Origin: an uncultured bacterium
GTDB taxonomy: Bacteria; Nitrospirota; Thermodesulfovibrionia; UBA6902
NCBI GenBank assembly: GCA_965603765.1
Contig: CBFDEG010000003.1
Coordinates: 1 to 50,706, forward strand
DNA length: 50,706 nucleotides
Direction of reading: 5' to 3'
Positions 1-8,819 of the stretch are shown here, one piece after another. The notes below the pieces were generated by a model. It searched no databases. It was not told the DNA's origin and was given only the letters and a program-made list of their open reading frames with translations. Every line of letters starts with the position of its first letter. The stretch's first letter is position 1. The translations under genes and the position numbers were made by a program.

Positions 1-2
1 AC

Positions 3-443
3 TGGTCTCAATATTCAGGGCGCAATTTCCCTTATATTCTCAGACAGGAACCGGGGCCCGACAATGCCCTGGGACAGATAAAGTTTATTTTCCCTAACAA
101 ACATTTTGTTTACCTGCACGATACGCCGAGCAAGTCTCTCTTTAACACTACCAACCGCGCGCTCAGTTCCGGATGTATACGCGTTGAGAAACCCTTCGAA
201 CTGGCTGAACTGCTGCTTAACGACAAAACAAAGTGGGACCAGGAAAGCATAAAGAATGCGATCAAATCTAATAAGACCAGTACTGTTTACCTGCCCGAAC
301 CAATGACCGTTATGCTGTTTTACTGGACCATCGGCTTTGATGAAGACAATAACATCAGGTTCAAAAAAGATGTATACAACAGGGACAAGGCAGTCCTCAA
401 CGGACTGAACAATAAATTCAAACTCGGAAAACGTCAGATCTGA
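3..443 (+). CDS. L,D-transpeptidase (YcbB/LdtD-like), C-terminal part; gene runs off the window start
   Basis: Manual translation of frame 3: ...LRQEPGPDNALGQIKFIFPNKHFVYLHDTPSKSLF...RALSSGCIRVEKP..., with the HDT and SxGCIR catalytic motifs. TGA at 441-443. Confidence 0.92.
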   Translation, partial: WSQYSGRNFPYILRQEPGPDNALGQIKFIFPNKHFVYLHDTPSKSLFNTTNRALSSGCIRVEKPFELAELLLNDKTKWDQESIKNAIKSNKTSTVYLPEPMTVMLFYWTIGFDEDNNIRFKKDVYNRDKAVLNGLNNKFKLGKRQI

Positions 444-581
444 AAATCAATTAACCTCGCGATATCAGGAAAAATACTATAGCAACGATGGTTTTCTTAT
501 GAGATAATGGCCTTAAATAAATTTCTCTTGTAATTCGAACATATCGAATTACTAACTCATGAAAAATAAAGGAGATCGATC

Positions 582-1217
582 ATGTCAAAAATACGCGAAA
601 TAAGAGAGACAATAGACATCAAACTGGATGGATTGGGGAAACAGGCTTCGGCACTTGAGGCACAGTTGAGCAGAAGTAAAGATAATGCTGTTGAAGAATT
701 GGAAACCCGTAAAAAACAGCTTGATGATATGCTCAAAACATTTAAAACAAAGATAGATGGAACAAGGGACATTGCTGAAGAAAAGAGATCAGAGATACAA
801 GGCCGGGTAGAACAATTGCATGTTCAGCTCACCTTAGGCAAGGCTGAAACGAAAGATGCCCTTGAACAACAGAAAATGAAGATCAATGATGCCGTCAAAA
901 CATTAGAAAACAATATCGATGAAGGAATTGAGGATGCGGCTACCGGACTTGAATCGCTCAAGCAGGACTTTGTTGAATTTTCAGATTCACTAAATGCTGA
1001 GATGGAATCACTTGGTGCGAGGTTTGAAATGGAGAAGGCATCGAAAAAAGCCGATTTTGATGAACAGAAAAAGAAACTCGCGGCCAAGATAGAGAGATTC
1101 AGGAACGATCTCTCTGTAAAAAGGGGGATAGCCGAAGAAAAGACCTCAGCTTTTGAGGGTCACCTTACCAAGGGATTTGATCAGATCAAACATGCATTTA
1201 AAAATCTGATCTCATAA
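582..1217 (+). CDS. Hypothetical coiled-coil / apolipoprotein-like helical protein
   Basis: 211-aa ORF with AAGGAG RBS. Highly charged K/E-rich, heptad-like, no TM segment. Confidence 0.75.
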   Translation: MSKIREIRETIDIKLDGLGKQASALEAQLSRSKDNAVEELETRKKQLDDMLKTFKTKIDGTRDIAEEKRSEIQGRVEQLHVQLTLGKAETKDALEQQKMKINDAVKTLENNIDEGIEDAATGLESLKQDFVEFSDSLNAEMESLGARFEMEKASKKADFDEQKKKLAAKIERFRNDLSVKRGIAEEKTSAFEGHLTKGFDQIKHAFKNLIS

Positions 1218-1220
1218 AGG

Positions 1221-1382
1221 AGTAGTAGTATAAGCATTAATGCTATTCCCGCGACTACTGAGGTGCAACTCGGTAAAATGTTCACCCCATCGTTTGGGGG
1301 CTATGTTGATGGCATGGTCGGAATCGGCAATGACAGACCTTATGACTGGGGCGCAGGCCTCGGGCTGCGCTTTAAATACTAA
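1221..1382 (+). pseudogene. C-terminal remnant of an outer-membrane beta-barrel gene
   Basis: Frame reads ...IPATTEVQLGKMFTPSFGGYVDGMVGIGNDRPYDWGAGLGLRFKY*. It shows alternating beta-strand patterning and a terminal aromatic (BAM-type signal). No upstream start with a signal peptide. Confidence 0.55.
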
Positions 1383-1514
1383 TAAAAGATATGATGAACA
1401 GATCGTCATGCGTGAAGCTCCTGTCTTCTGAAGATGTGGCTCCCCCGGGGACTCCACAGACGTACAGGGCTGCCAAGTGTGAGCCGCCCGAGGTTGCCCT
1501 GAAATGGATTTTAA

Positions 1515-1543
1515 TTGTCTGCCTCCTCTTTTAGTGATATGAT
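1515..1543 (+). promoter_or_regulatory. Putative sigma-70 promoter for the 1552 operon (nearly leaderless)
   Basis: TTGTCT-N17-TATGAT, ending 8 nt before the ATG at 1552. No RBS is evident. Confidence 0.45.
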
Positions 1544-1551
1544 TTATTTAA

Positions 1552-3408
1552 ATGAATAAATTTATTGGGATTTTTCTGTTTTTCTTAATTAGCTTTTCAA
1601 CCTGTCCGCATACTGCCAGGGCGGACTGGATCAACTTCAGCGGTGCGGAAAATGCGCCCACTACTGCCGAGATCCATATAAATGACGATCATGTCAGAGT
1701 GACTCTCGAGGTATATATCGGTGACCTTGAGGTTTTTGAAGAACTGATACCCAATAATATGTTCCCTGAGCATATCACGGGCCGACCCTCCGTAAAGGAA
1801 AGACTCAGAATGTTTTCTGAAGAGACTTTCCAAATCAGAAATGATAACGGAGATAATCTCCACGCAAGACTTAAACTTGTTGAACCACGTATGCGTAAAG
1901 ACCGACCTTCTCCCTTTGCAGGAATGATAAATCCCATGACGCGCAGACCTGTCCCGGGGCCGCCGGAAGACAAGAGGATATTATATGCCGAACTTATTTA
2001 TCCATTCAGGGAGAAACCAAAGTCATTAACTATTATTCCTCCTGTTGATAAAAGGGGAATGGGCAAGGCATCGATCGGCTTTATTACCTATCACAACAGA
2101 GTCCCCATAATTGACTTCCGGTACCTGTCCGAACCGGCAACGATCAACCTTGACTGGCAGGACCCGTGGTATTCCTCTTTTGACAAAAAGGCCCTCAAGC
2201 GGTGGCAGAAAGGCGGCGTGATGTCCTTCCTGTACATAGAACCATACGAGGTCCGGCACGAGGTCCTTGCCCGGGTGAAGGACCTTGAGACCTGGGTCGA
2301 CTTTGGTCTTCGCGGCAAAGAGTTTATCGAAGCAGATGAAAATAACCTTTTGAAGAAGCAGGTGGGTGAGTTTATTCTGAAAAACGATAACGTTCTCATT
2401 GACGGGAAAAAACTCCGTCCCATCCTTGACCGGACTGCATTTGTAAAGTATTCCATGACCGGGTCAACATTCCTGCAACAGCCTGAGCGTATACCCATCA
2501 ATACAGCCATGGTAGGAGTGATCATTACGTATCTGACTGACGGAATCCCGCAGGAAGTCACAAACGAATGGAAACTTTGGTCTGACCGGATAAAAAAGGT
2601 GCCGACCAATGCCATAGACCCCGCGGGCCCCTTTCCATCTTATATCACGCCCGATGATAATATTCATGTCTGGAAGAACTATCTGAAGCAGTACACGATA
2701 CCCACCGTCGAGAAAGTGACTGCCGACCGGTCGGCAACCAGTTTTGGTCTGCCGACCGGAAGTTTACTCTTTCTGGCAGGCGCTGTCCCTGTCATAATGC
2801 AGATCCGGTCACGGAAACAAAGATCAAGGCCGGTTTTCCTCCAGACAGGGCTGGTAACAGTACTTGTAGCAGCGTCTTTTTTTGCCTATCCCTATATGCA
2901 CGTTCAGGTTGCAAGGCCGGGTTCTGTTGCTTCAAGAGTGACCGTTGATGACGGAAAAGTCATTCTTCACAGTCTGCTTAAGAATGTATACCGCGCCTTT
3001 GACTTCCGCGAGGAAGAGGCTGTCTATGACAAGCTTGCAATAAGTGCAAGCGGTGATATTCTTTCAGATATATATATCCAGAATAGAAAATCCTTTGAAG
3101 TGCAGAGGGCGGGCGGTGCTCAGGCACGGGTGAAGGATATAGAAATTCAGGATGTGGTTGTGGAAGAAAATGAGCAAAATAAGCAAGGCCTTAACCTCAG
3201 GTCGAAATGGACCGCAATGGGAACGGTGGGGCACTGGGGACACATTCATACGCGTCAGAACGAGTACGAGGCAGTTGTTACTGTTCTACCTGTGGATGGT
3301 GCATGGAAGATCACGGGACTGGAATTATTGGAGGAAAAACGGATCGATCCCTATAGACAAAGACAGCTGACAGCTGTCAGCAATCAGCAGTCAGTTAAAA
3401 AAGAATGA
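1552..3408 (+). CDS. Conserved exported/membrane protein of unknown function heading the ABC/metal-binding operon
   Basis: 618 aa. Signal peptide (...TARA-DW), two TM helices near aa 400-450, C-terminal domain with a GHWGHIH His cluster. Confidence 0.8.
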   Translation: MNKFIGIFLFFLISFSTCPHTARADWINFSGAENAPTTAEIHINDDHVRVTLEVYIGDLEVFEELIPNNMFPEHITGRPSVKERLRMFSEETFQIRNDNGDNLHARLKLVEPRMRKDRPSPFAGMINPMTRRPVPGPPEDKRILYAELIYPFREKPKSLTIIPPVDKRGMGKASIGFITYHNRVPIIDFRYLSEPATINLDWQDPWYSSFDKKALKRWQKGGVMSFLYIEPYEVRHEVLARVKDLETWVDFGLRGKEFIEADENNLLKKQVGEFILKNDNVLIDGKKLRPILDRTAFVKYSMTGSTFLQQPERIPINTAMVGVIITYLTDGIPQEVTNEWKLWSDRIKKVPTNAIDPAGPFPSYITPDDNIHVWKNYLKQYTIPTVEKVTADRSATSFGLPTGSLLFLAGAVPVIMQIRSRKQRSRPVFLQTGLVTVLVAASFFAYPYMHVQVARPGSVASRVTVDDGKVILHSLLKNVYRAFDFREEEAVYDKLAISASGDILSDIYIQNRKSFEVQRAGGAQARVKDIEIQDVVVEENEQNKQGLNLRSKWTAMGTVGHWGHIHTRQNEYEAVVTVLPVDGAWKITGLELLEEKRIDPYRQRQLTAVSNQQSVKKE

Positions 3409-3430
3409 AAGCACTACGAATTCGGAGGTT

Positions 3431-3829
3431 ATGAATATGAAACGCATCAATATAAAATCACTCGATCGGACATTTATAAAATTCACGCTAGTAATTATAA
3501 CATTAACCTTTGTGATGGATCTCTCTCCTTTGACATTTATTAATGGAACGAGTGGCGCTGCTATTGTAGAGGCCAGAAGAATAGGAGGGCCTGCCCCTCC
3601 CGCTCCCAGCACTCCTGCCACAAGGGATGAGCGACGTGATTACAAAGAGGACCTGCATGAAGATCAAAGAGATTATCGCGAAGAAAGGCATGATGACCGC
3701 GAAGATTTCAGGGAGGAAGACCATGATAGTAGACAGGATTATCATGAAGACCGCAGGGATTACCAAGAGGACAGGCGTGATGACCGCGAAGAATACCAGG
3801 AAGATATGCGTGAGGACAGGATGGATTAA
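3431..3829 (+). CDS. Small secreted/membrane-anchored protein with ~11-residue charged D/E/R/H repeats
   Basis: GGAGG RBS, N-terminal hydrophobic helix, Pro-rich linker, then RRDYKEDLHED/QRDYREERHDD/REDFREEDHDS/RQDYHEDRRDY... Confidence 0.75.
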   Translation: MNMKRINIKSLDRTFIKFTLVIITLTFVMDLSPLTFINGTSGAAIVEARRIGGPAPPAPSTPATRDERRDYKEDLHEDQRDYREERHDDREDFREEDHDSRQDYHEDRRDYQEDRRDDREEYQEDMREDRMD

Positions 3830-3885
3830 GAGGGCGTTTGGAGTGGTGAAAAGATGAGCACTACGGTTCTTAGCCAGAAGACAAT

Positions 3886-4551
3886 ATGATATCAATCAAT
3901 AACCTTGATTTTCAGTATAGTGAAGGTGATTTTCGCCTGACTATTCCTGAATTCAGAATAAAAAAGTCCGAAAAGGTCGCCATTATCGGGCCGAGCGGGT
4001 CGGGTAAGACCACGCTTCTGAATCTTATAGCGGGTATTGTGACTCCGTTAAAGGGAACTGTCAGCATCGGTAATGTAGATGTAAGTCGTCTAAATGACAA
4101 TGCACGCCGTGATTTCAGGAGCTCAAAGATCGGATTTGTATTCCAGGATTTTGAACTTATTGACTATCTGAATGTTATGGATAATATCCTCCATATTTAC
4201 CGCATCACCGGGGCTCTCACATTCAATGGTAATACGAAGGCACGCACATATGCCCTGGCTGATCAGATGGGGATCGGGGATAAACTGAAACGGCATCCCA
4301 ATGATCTTTCTCAGGGTGAAAAGCAGAGGACTGCTATCTGCAGGGCTTTATTACCCCGTCCCTCACTCATACTGGCAGATGAGGCAACAGGTAATCTTGA
4401 TCCGGAAAATAAAACCCGCATTCTCGACTTGCTCTTCCGGAGTGTAGAAGATCATGATGCCACCCTGCTTGCAGTGACACATGACCATGAACTGCTTAAG
4501 AGGTTTGACCGGGTTATAGATTTTAAGGAGTTTCAGGGGAAAGATACATAA
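3886..4551 (+). CDS. ABC transporter ATP-binding protein (LolD/MacB-type)
   Basis: Walker A GPSGSGKT, signature LSQGE, Walker B ILADEATGNLD, VTHD switch. Confidence 0.95.
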   Translation: MISINNLDFQYSEGDFRLTIPEFRIKKSEKVAIIGPSGSGKTTLLNLIAGIVTPLKGTVSIGNVDVSRLNDNARRDFRSSKIGFVFQDFELIDYLNVMDNILHIYRITGALTFNGNTKARTYALADQMGIGDKLKRHPNDLSQGEKQRTAICRALLPRPSLILADEATGNLDPENKTRILDLLFRSVEDHDATLLAVTHDHELLKRFDRVIDFKEFQGKDT

Positions 4552-4593
4552 ACGAAAAGGGGAATATCGAATACTGAATCACGAATCAAGGCT

Positions 4594-4621
4594 GTAGGGG
4601 CATGGCGCGCCATGCCCCTAC
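4594..4621. repeat. GTAG-family REP palindrome
   Basis: Perfect 28-nt palindrome GTAGGGGCATGGCGCGCCATGCCCCTAC. Confidence 0.85.
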
Positions 4622-4649
4622 GAAATTCGATATTCGTAGTTGAGGATAT

Positions 4650-5831
4650 ATGAAGGACAGTCTCTACATCGCATGGAAATACATAAAGTTTTACAAGGTA
4701 AAATCAGCCACACTCGTTGGCTGTATTACTCTTCTTGTATTTCTCCCTCTTTCTCTTGAGCTTCTCCTTGATGAGAGTGAGCTGCTGCTGATGTCCCGTG
4801 CAGCAACAACGCCCCTTGTCATCGGCGTAAAGGGCAGCGCCCTTGATCTAATGATGAATTCACTCTATTTCGGAGATGAGGTGCCGGAGTTGATCACGAT
4901 GAAAGCATCTGATCAGATTGCCGATACTGACCTGGCTTACTCTATCCCTCTGTACATCCGATTTAAGGCACGGGGATTTCCCATTATTGGAACAACGCTT
5001 GACTACTTTGACTTTCGGGGGCTCAAGGTAATGCAGGGAACACCGCTCACCATGCTGGGAGATTGTGTTATTGGTTCAACAGTTGCGGAGCGCCTCGGCC
5101 TGAAGCCGGGAGACAGCCTCCTGTCATCACCAGAAAATCTGTTCGACCTGACTGGCGTTTATCCACTGAAGATGAAGGTCGCGGGTATTCTTGGGAAATC
5201 CCACACCTCGGATGATCTTGGGGTCTTTGTTGACCTGAAAACCGCATGGATAATCCAGGGGCTGATGCACGGTCATCAGGATGTAACCAGGACAGAGGAC
5301 CAGACAGTGATCCTTAAAAAAACGGATGAAAATGTTACAGCCAATGCAAAGTTGTTCCAGTATACGGAGATTACCGGGGAAAATGTAAATTCCTTCCATT
5401 TCCATGGTGACAACTCGCAGTACCCATTAACTGCAGTTATAGCTGTGCCGGGTGATCATAAGTCCGGTACGATCTTACGTGGAAGATATTTATCAGGGGA
5501 AGCAGAGTATCAGATAGTTAAACCTGAGGATGTCATAGAGGGGCTGCTTCAGAATATCTTCCGTATCAAGAATATTCTCGATGCAGTCATTATTGTTGTG
5601 GGACTTGCAACAGTACTGGCCATCATCTTAATATTTTCCCTCTCTCTCAGACTGCGGGAGCGGGAAATTAATACAATTTTCAAACTTGGATGCCGCCGTC
5701 TGACAACTGTCCGGCTTCTTGGAGCGGAGATTTTTATAATTGTAATAACGAGCAGCTTGATTTGCGGAACTATGATATTTGCAACCAATGTATTTGCGAA
5801 TGATCTCGTGAGGAGGTTTATTATAAGATGA
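4650..5831 (+). CDS. ABC transporter permease, MacB/FtsX (type VII) family
   Basis: N-terminal TM, large periplasmic domain with His clusters (MHGH, FHFH), C-terminal FtsX-type TMs with the R-x-R-E-I...LG motif. Confidence 0.9.
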   Translation: MKDSLYIAWKYIKFYKVKSATLVGCITLLVFLPLSLELLLDESELLLMSRAATTPLVIGVKGSALDLMMNSLYFGDEVPELITMKASDQIADTDLAYSIPLYIRFKARGFPIIGTTLDYFDFRGLKVMQGTPLTMLGDCVIGSTVAERLGLKPGDSLLSSPENLFDLTGVYPLKMKVAGILGKSHTSDDLGVFVDLKTAWIIQGLMHGHQDVTRTEDQTVILKKTDENVTANAKLFQYTEITGENVNSFHFHGDNSQYPLTAVIAVPGDHKSGTILRGRYLSGEAEYQIVKPEDVIEGLLQNIFRIKNILDAVIIVVGLATVLAIILIFSLSLRLREREINTIFKLGCRRLTTVRLLGAEIFIIVITSSLICGTMIFATNVFANDLVRRFIIR

Positions 5832-6769
5832 AAGAAAAAATGATGAACAAAGAAAATATCGAATATCGAATGAGAACCTGTCTTATTGCATTAACATTTA
5901 TTGCTCTTGCAATATTCCCATCATTTTCCATTGCAGACGACAATCCTTCTGCCAAGCTAACCATTTACACTGTCAACTACCCTTTAAAATACTTTGCAGA
6001 ACGAATTGCTGGAGAGTACGCAAAAGTCATATTCCCTGCTCCGAAAGATGGGGACCCTGCCTACTGGATCCCGGACAGGAAGATAATTTCAGACTATCAA
6101 AAGGCGGATCTTATTCTGCTAAACGGTGCTCATTATGCCAAATGGACAGAAAAAGTATCGCTGCCGGGGTCGAAAATGGTAGATACATCCAGGAAATTCA
6201 AAGACCAATATATCAAGACCGATGAAGCGGTTACTCACAGCCATGGTCCCGGCGGCAAGCATGCGCATGAAAACACTGCTTTTACGATCTGGCTAAACCT
6301 AGACCTTGCGGCCAGACAGGCAAAGGCCATTAAGTTAGCGCTTATACGTAAAAGGCCTGAACTTAGATCTGCATTTGAGCGCAACTATACAGCTCTTCAA
6401 AAAGACCTGATGACACTCGACCGGAAAATTAAAGAGGTCGTGTCTAAAAATGAAAACCAGCCGTTCATTGCATCACATCCTGTCTATCAGTATTTTGCAG
6501 GACGGTACGGGCTGAATATGAAAAGCGTACACTGGGAACCTGATGAAACGCCAAATGTTTCTCAGCGGACAGAACTGAAAAGACTTCTTAAAGACCATAA
6601 AGCGCGATGGATGGTCTGGGAAGGTGAACCTACGGCAGATTCGACTGGAATGCTGAAGTCGTTAAATGTGAACAGTCTTGTTTTTGAACCCTGTGGAAAT
6701 ATACCTGAAGAAGGCGATTTCTTATCGGTAATGAGGAAAAATATTGAGAACTTAAAACTGGCTTTTTAA
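5828..6769 (+). CDS. Metal ABC substrate-binding protein, ZnuA/cluster A-I-like (atypical ligand set)
   Basis: Signal peptide, ADLILLNG, His-rich loop THSHGPGGKHAH, SHPVYQYF, C-terminal MRKNIENL. Confidence 0.88.
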   Translation: MKEKMMNKENIEYRMRTCLIALTFIALAIFPSFSIADDNPSAKLTIYTVNYPLKYFAERIAGEYAKVIFPAPKDGDPAYWIPDRKIISDYQKADLILLNGAHYAKWTEKVSLPGSKMVDTSRKFKDQYIKTDEAVTHSHGPGGKHAHENTAFTIWLNLDLAARQAKAIKLALIRKRPELRSAFERNYTALQKDLMTLDRKIKEVVSKNENQPFIASHPVYQYFAGRYGLNMKSVHWEPDETPNVSQRTELKRLLKDHKARWMVWEGEPTADSTGMLKSLNVNSLVFEPCGNIPEEGDFLSVMRKNIENLKLAF

Positions 6770-6785
6770 TTCAGACTGCTCGTGG

Positions 6786-6830
6786 CCGGTAATTTTACGA
6801 GTTGTCAGGTAATAATGACTATCGTACTAT
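6786..6830 (+). promoter_or_regulatory. Box B (CCRGTAATTTTACGAG) abutting a sigma-70 promoter, copy 1
   Basis: CCGGTAATTTTACGAG followed directly by TTGTCA-N17-TACTAT. The same 20-mer recurs at 25536 and 26406. Confidence 0.75.
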
Positions 6831-6873
6831 TTATATATCTCTCTTTTATTTACCTTATATAAAGGACGGTCGC

Positions 6874-8109
6874 ATGGAACACAACTACATGAACTGGAGA
6901 GTCCCTTTCACATTTGCGATTGCCGGAATTATGGCCTTGATCTCTTTTCCGGCATCGGCTGCCGGCCCTGCCTTTACCGGGATTGCGGCAAAGGCTGATA
7001 CTGCCGAGACAGTCTATCTGAATCCTGCCGGCATGTCCCGCATGAAGGAACCCGCCTGGTATGGAAATCCTCAGATCATGTATATGGATAGCGTCACTGA
7101 ATTTACAGTGCAGGGACAGAAAGGCAAAAATAAAATAGAGGATGATGGATTTATCTTTCTGCCCGGTCTCTATTATGTGCGGCCCCTGAATGATAAGTGG
7201 TCTTTTGGTATCGGCCCCAATGCGGCATCAGGCATGGGTACCACCTATAATGATACCTGGGTGGGACGCTACATTATAAAAGAGTGGTCTCAGGTTGCTG
7301 TCGGAGTTGTCCCTTCTGTTGCCTATCGCGTTAACGACAGGCTCTCACTCGGTTTTTCCCTGTCTATAAACTATTCTCTATTCACTCTGGAAAAAGCTGT
7401 GTTCAATGGGATCGGCCAGCCGGATGGCAGCTTTAAACTGGAAGCGGACGGGATCGGTGTCGGAGGTAACCTGGGCTTGTTGTATGAGGTCAATCCCCGG
7501 ACACGGTTCGGCATGGTCTACCGTTCCGAGGTTATGGCTGAAAACGAAGGGACACCGGAGTTAACCGGCCTGAGCGATGCCCGCAAAAACCTTTTAGAAA
7601 ATGCCGGTGTTCTTGATCAAAAGATCTCCATGGATACGAATATGCCTCAGTCAATGATGGTCGGCGTATTTCACGACTTTAACAATGGCTGGACCATGAG
7701 CACAGATGTCTTATGGGTAGATTTTTCAGAATATGATATTGACAACATAACAATTGGCGACACGTCAATAAACAAAAACAATACTACTAACTACCAGGAT
7801 ATCTGGGTCAGTTCTCTGGGAGCCGACTATGCCCTGCGGCCTGACTGGTCAATACGGGGTGGTATCCTCTACGCTTCAGCCGGCCTGAAAGATGAAGATC
7901 GTACACTGTTGTCACGGTTCGATGCAATGTGGGCTGTCGGCGGCGGTGTTGAACATACATTCCGGTCAGGGCGGAAAACTGCTGTGGATCTTACCTATTT
8001 TCAATTTGGTGATGGCGAATTTACAGTGGATAAAACTCTAGTCGGAACCATAAGCGGTAAATACGAAACTGATTACGGCATATTACTGGGTGTTGCCGCA
8101 TCCTTTTAA
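6874..8109 (+). CDS. FadL/OmpP1 long-chain fatty-acid outer-membrane transporter
   Basis: ATG 6874 after an AAGGA RBS is preferred over TTG 6802, which lies in the -35 box. Signal peptide, NPAGM hatch motif, beta-barrel pattern, terminal F. Confidence 0.88.
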   Translation: MEHNYMNWRVPFTFAIAGIMALISFPASAAGPAFTGIAAKADTAETVYLNPAGMSRMKEPAWYGNPQIMYMDSVTEFTVQGQKGKNKIEDDGFIFLPGLYYVRPLNDKWSFGIGPNAASGMGTTYNDTWVGRYIIKEWSQVAVGVVPSVAYRVNDRLSLGFSLSINYSLFTLEKAVFNGIGQPDGSFKLEADGIGVGGNLGLLYEVNPRTRFGMVYRSEVMAENEGTPELTGLSDARKNLLENAGVLDQKISMDTNMPQSMMVGVFHDFNNGWTMSTDVLWVDFSEYDIDNITIGDTSINKNNTTNYQDIWVSSLGADYALRPDWSIRGGILYASAGLKDEDRTLLSRFDAMWAVGGGVEHTFRSGRKTAVDLTYFQFGDGEFTVDKTLVGTISGKYETDYGILLGVAASF

Positions 8110-8119
8110 AATTTTGCAT

Positions 8120-8749
8120 ATGAAAAACATGAATATTACATTACGGTTAATTGTTTTTTTAATGAGCTTCTCTATCCTCGTAATGTCCCCAGCGTGCACA
8201 GAGAAAAAAACAAAGGTTACGGGATTTTTAAGTGATTACACACGTCTGGAGCGGACGAACGGCAGCCTTCGGTATATCGACATTGAACGGCTGGGAACTT
8301 ATTCAAGTTTCATTGTAAATCCTGTCAGGATACGCCTGTATTATAAAAGGAAATCCGGTCCTGACCAGGATACACAGACAGCTCTTACAAATTACATGCA
8401 CCAGGCAGTAGTAAATGCGATCGGAGAGCGTTATATGATAGTTCCTCAACCGGGCCCGGGGATCGCGATAGTTGATATCGCCATTACTGATATAGAAGAT
8501 CCTGTGCAGGTCATGAGTTCTTCCCCTCTAGCCAGCATATCCGGCAGAGGTGCAGGTAGTGTTTCGTTAGAGGCCGAAGTGCTGGACTCACAGACCTATG
8601 AGCAAATTGGCGCTCTCATTGAAAGCCAAAAAGGAAAGCGTGTTTCATTAAAGAACTTAAAGAAATGGGAACATGTAAAGTCGGTGATGGATGACTGGGC
8701 AAAGAAGTTCCGTGAGCGTCTTGATGAAGCTCATGGGTATAGAGATTGA
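8120..8749 (+). CDS. DUF3313 family lipoprotein
   Basis: Lipobox-like SPAC, TGFLSDY, SLEAEVLDSQT, W-A..F..RL tail. Start uncertain. Confidence 0.8.
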   Translation: MKNMNITLRLIVFLMSFSILVMSPACTEKKTKVTGFLSDYTRLERTNGSLRYIDIERLGTYSSFIVNPVRIRLYYKRKSGPDQDTQTALTNYMHQAVVNAIGERYMIVPQPGPGIAIVDIAITDIEDPVQVMSSSPLASISGRGAGSVSLEAEVLDSQTYEQIGALIESQKGKRVSLKNLKKWEHVKSVMDDWAKKFRERLDEAHGYRD

Positions 8750-8819
8750 AAACCACCGGTCTAACAAATGTTTTCACATAACCAATTACCTCTTTCAGAT
8801 CAAACTCTTGATGTCTGTG

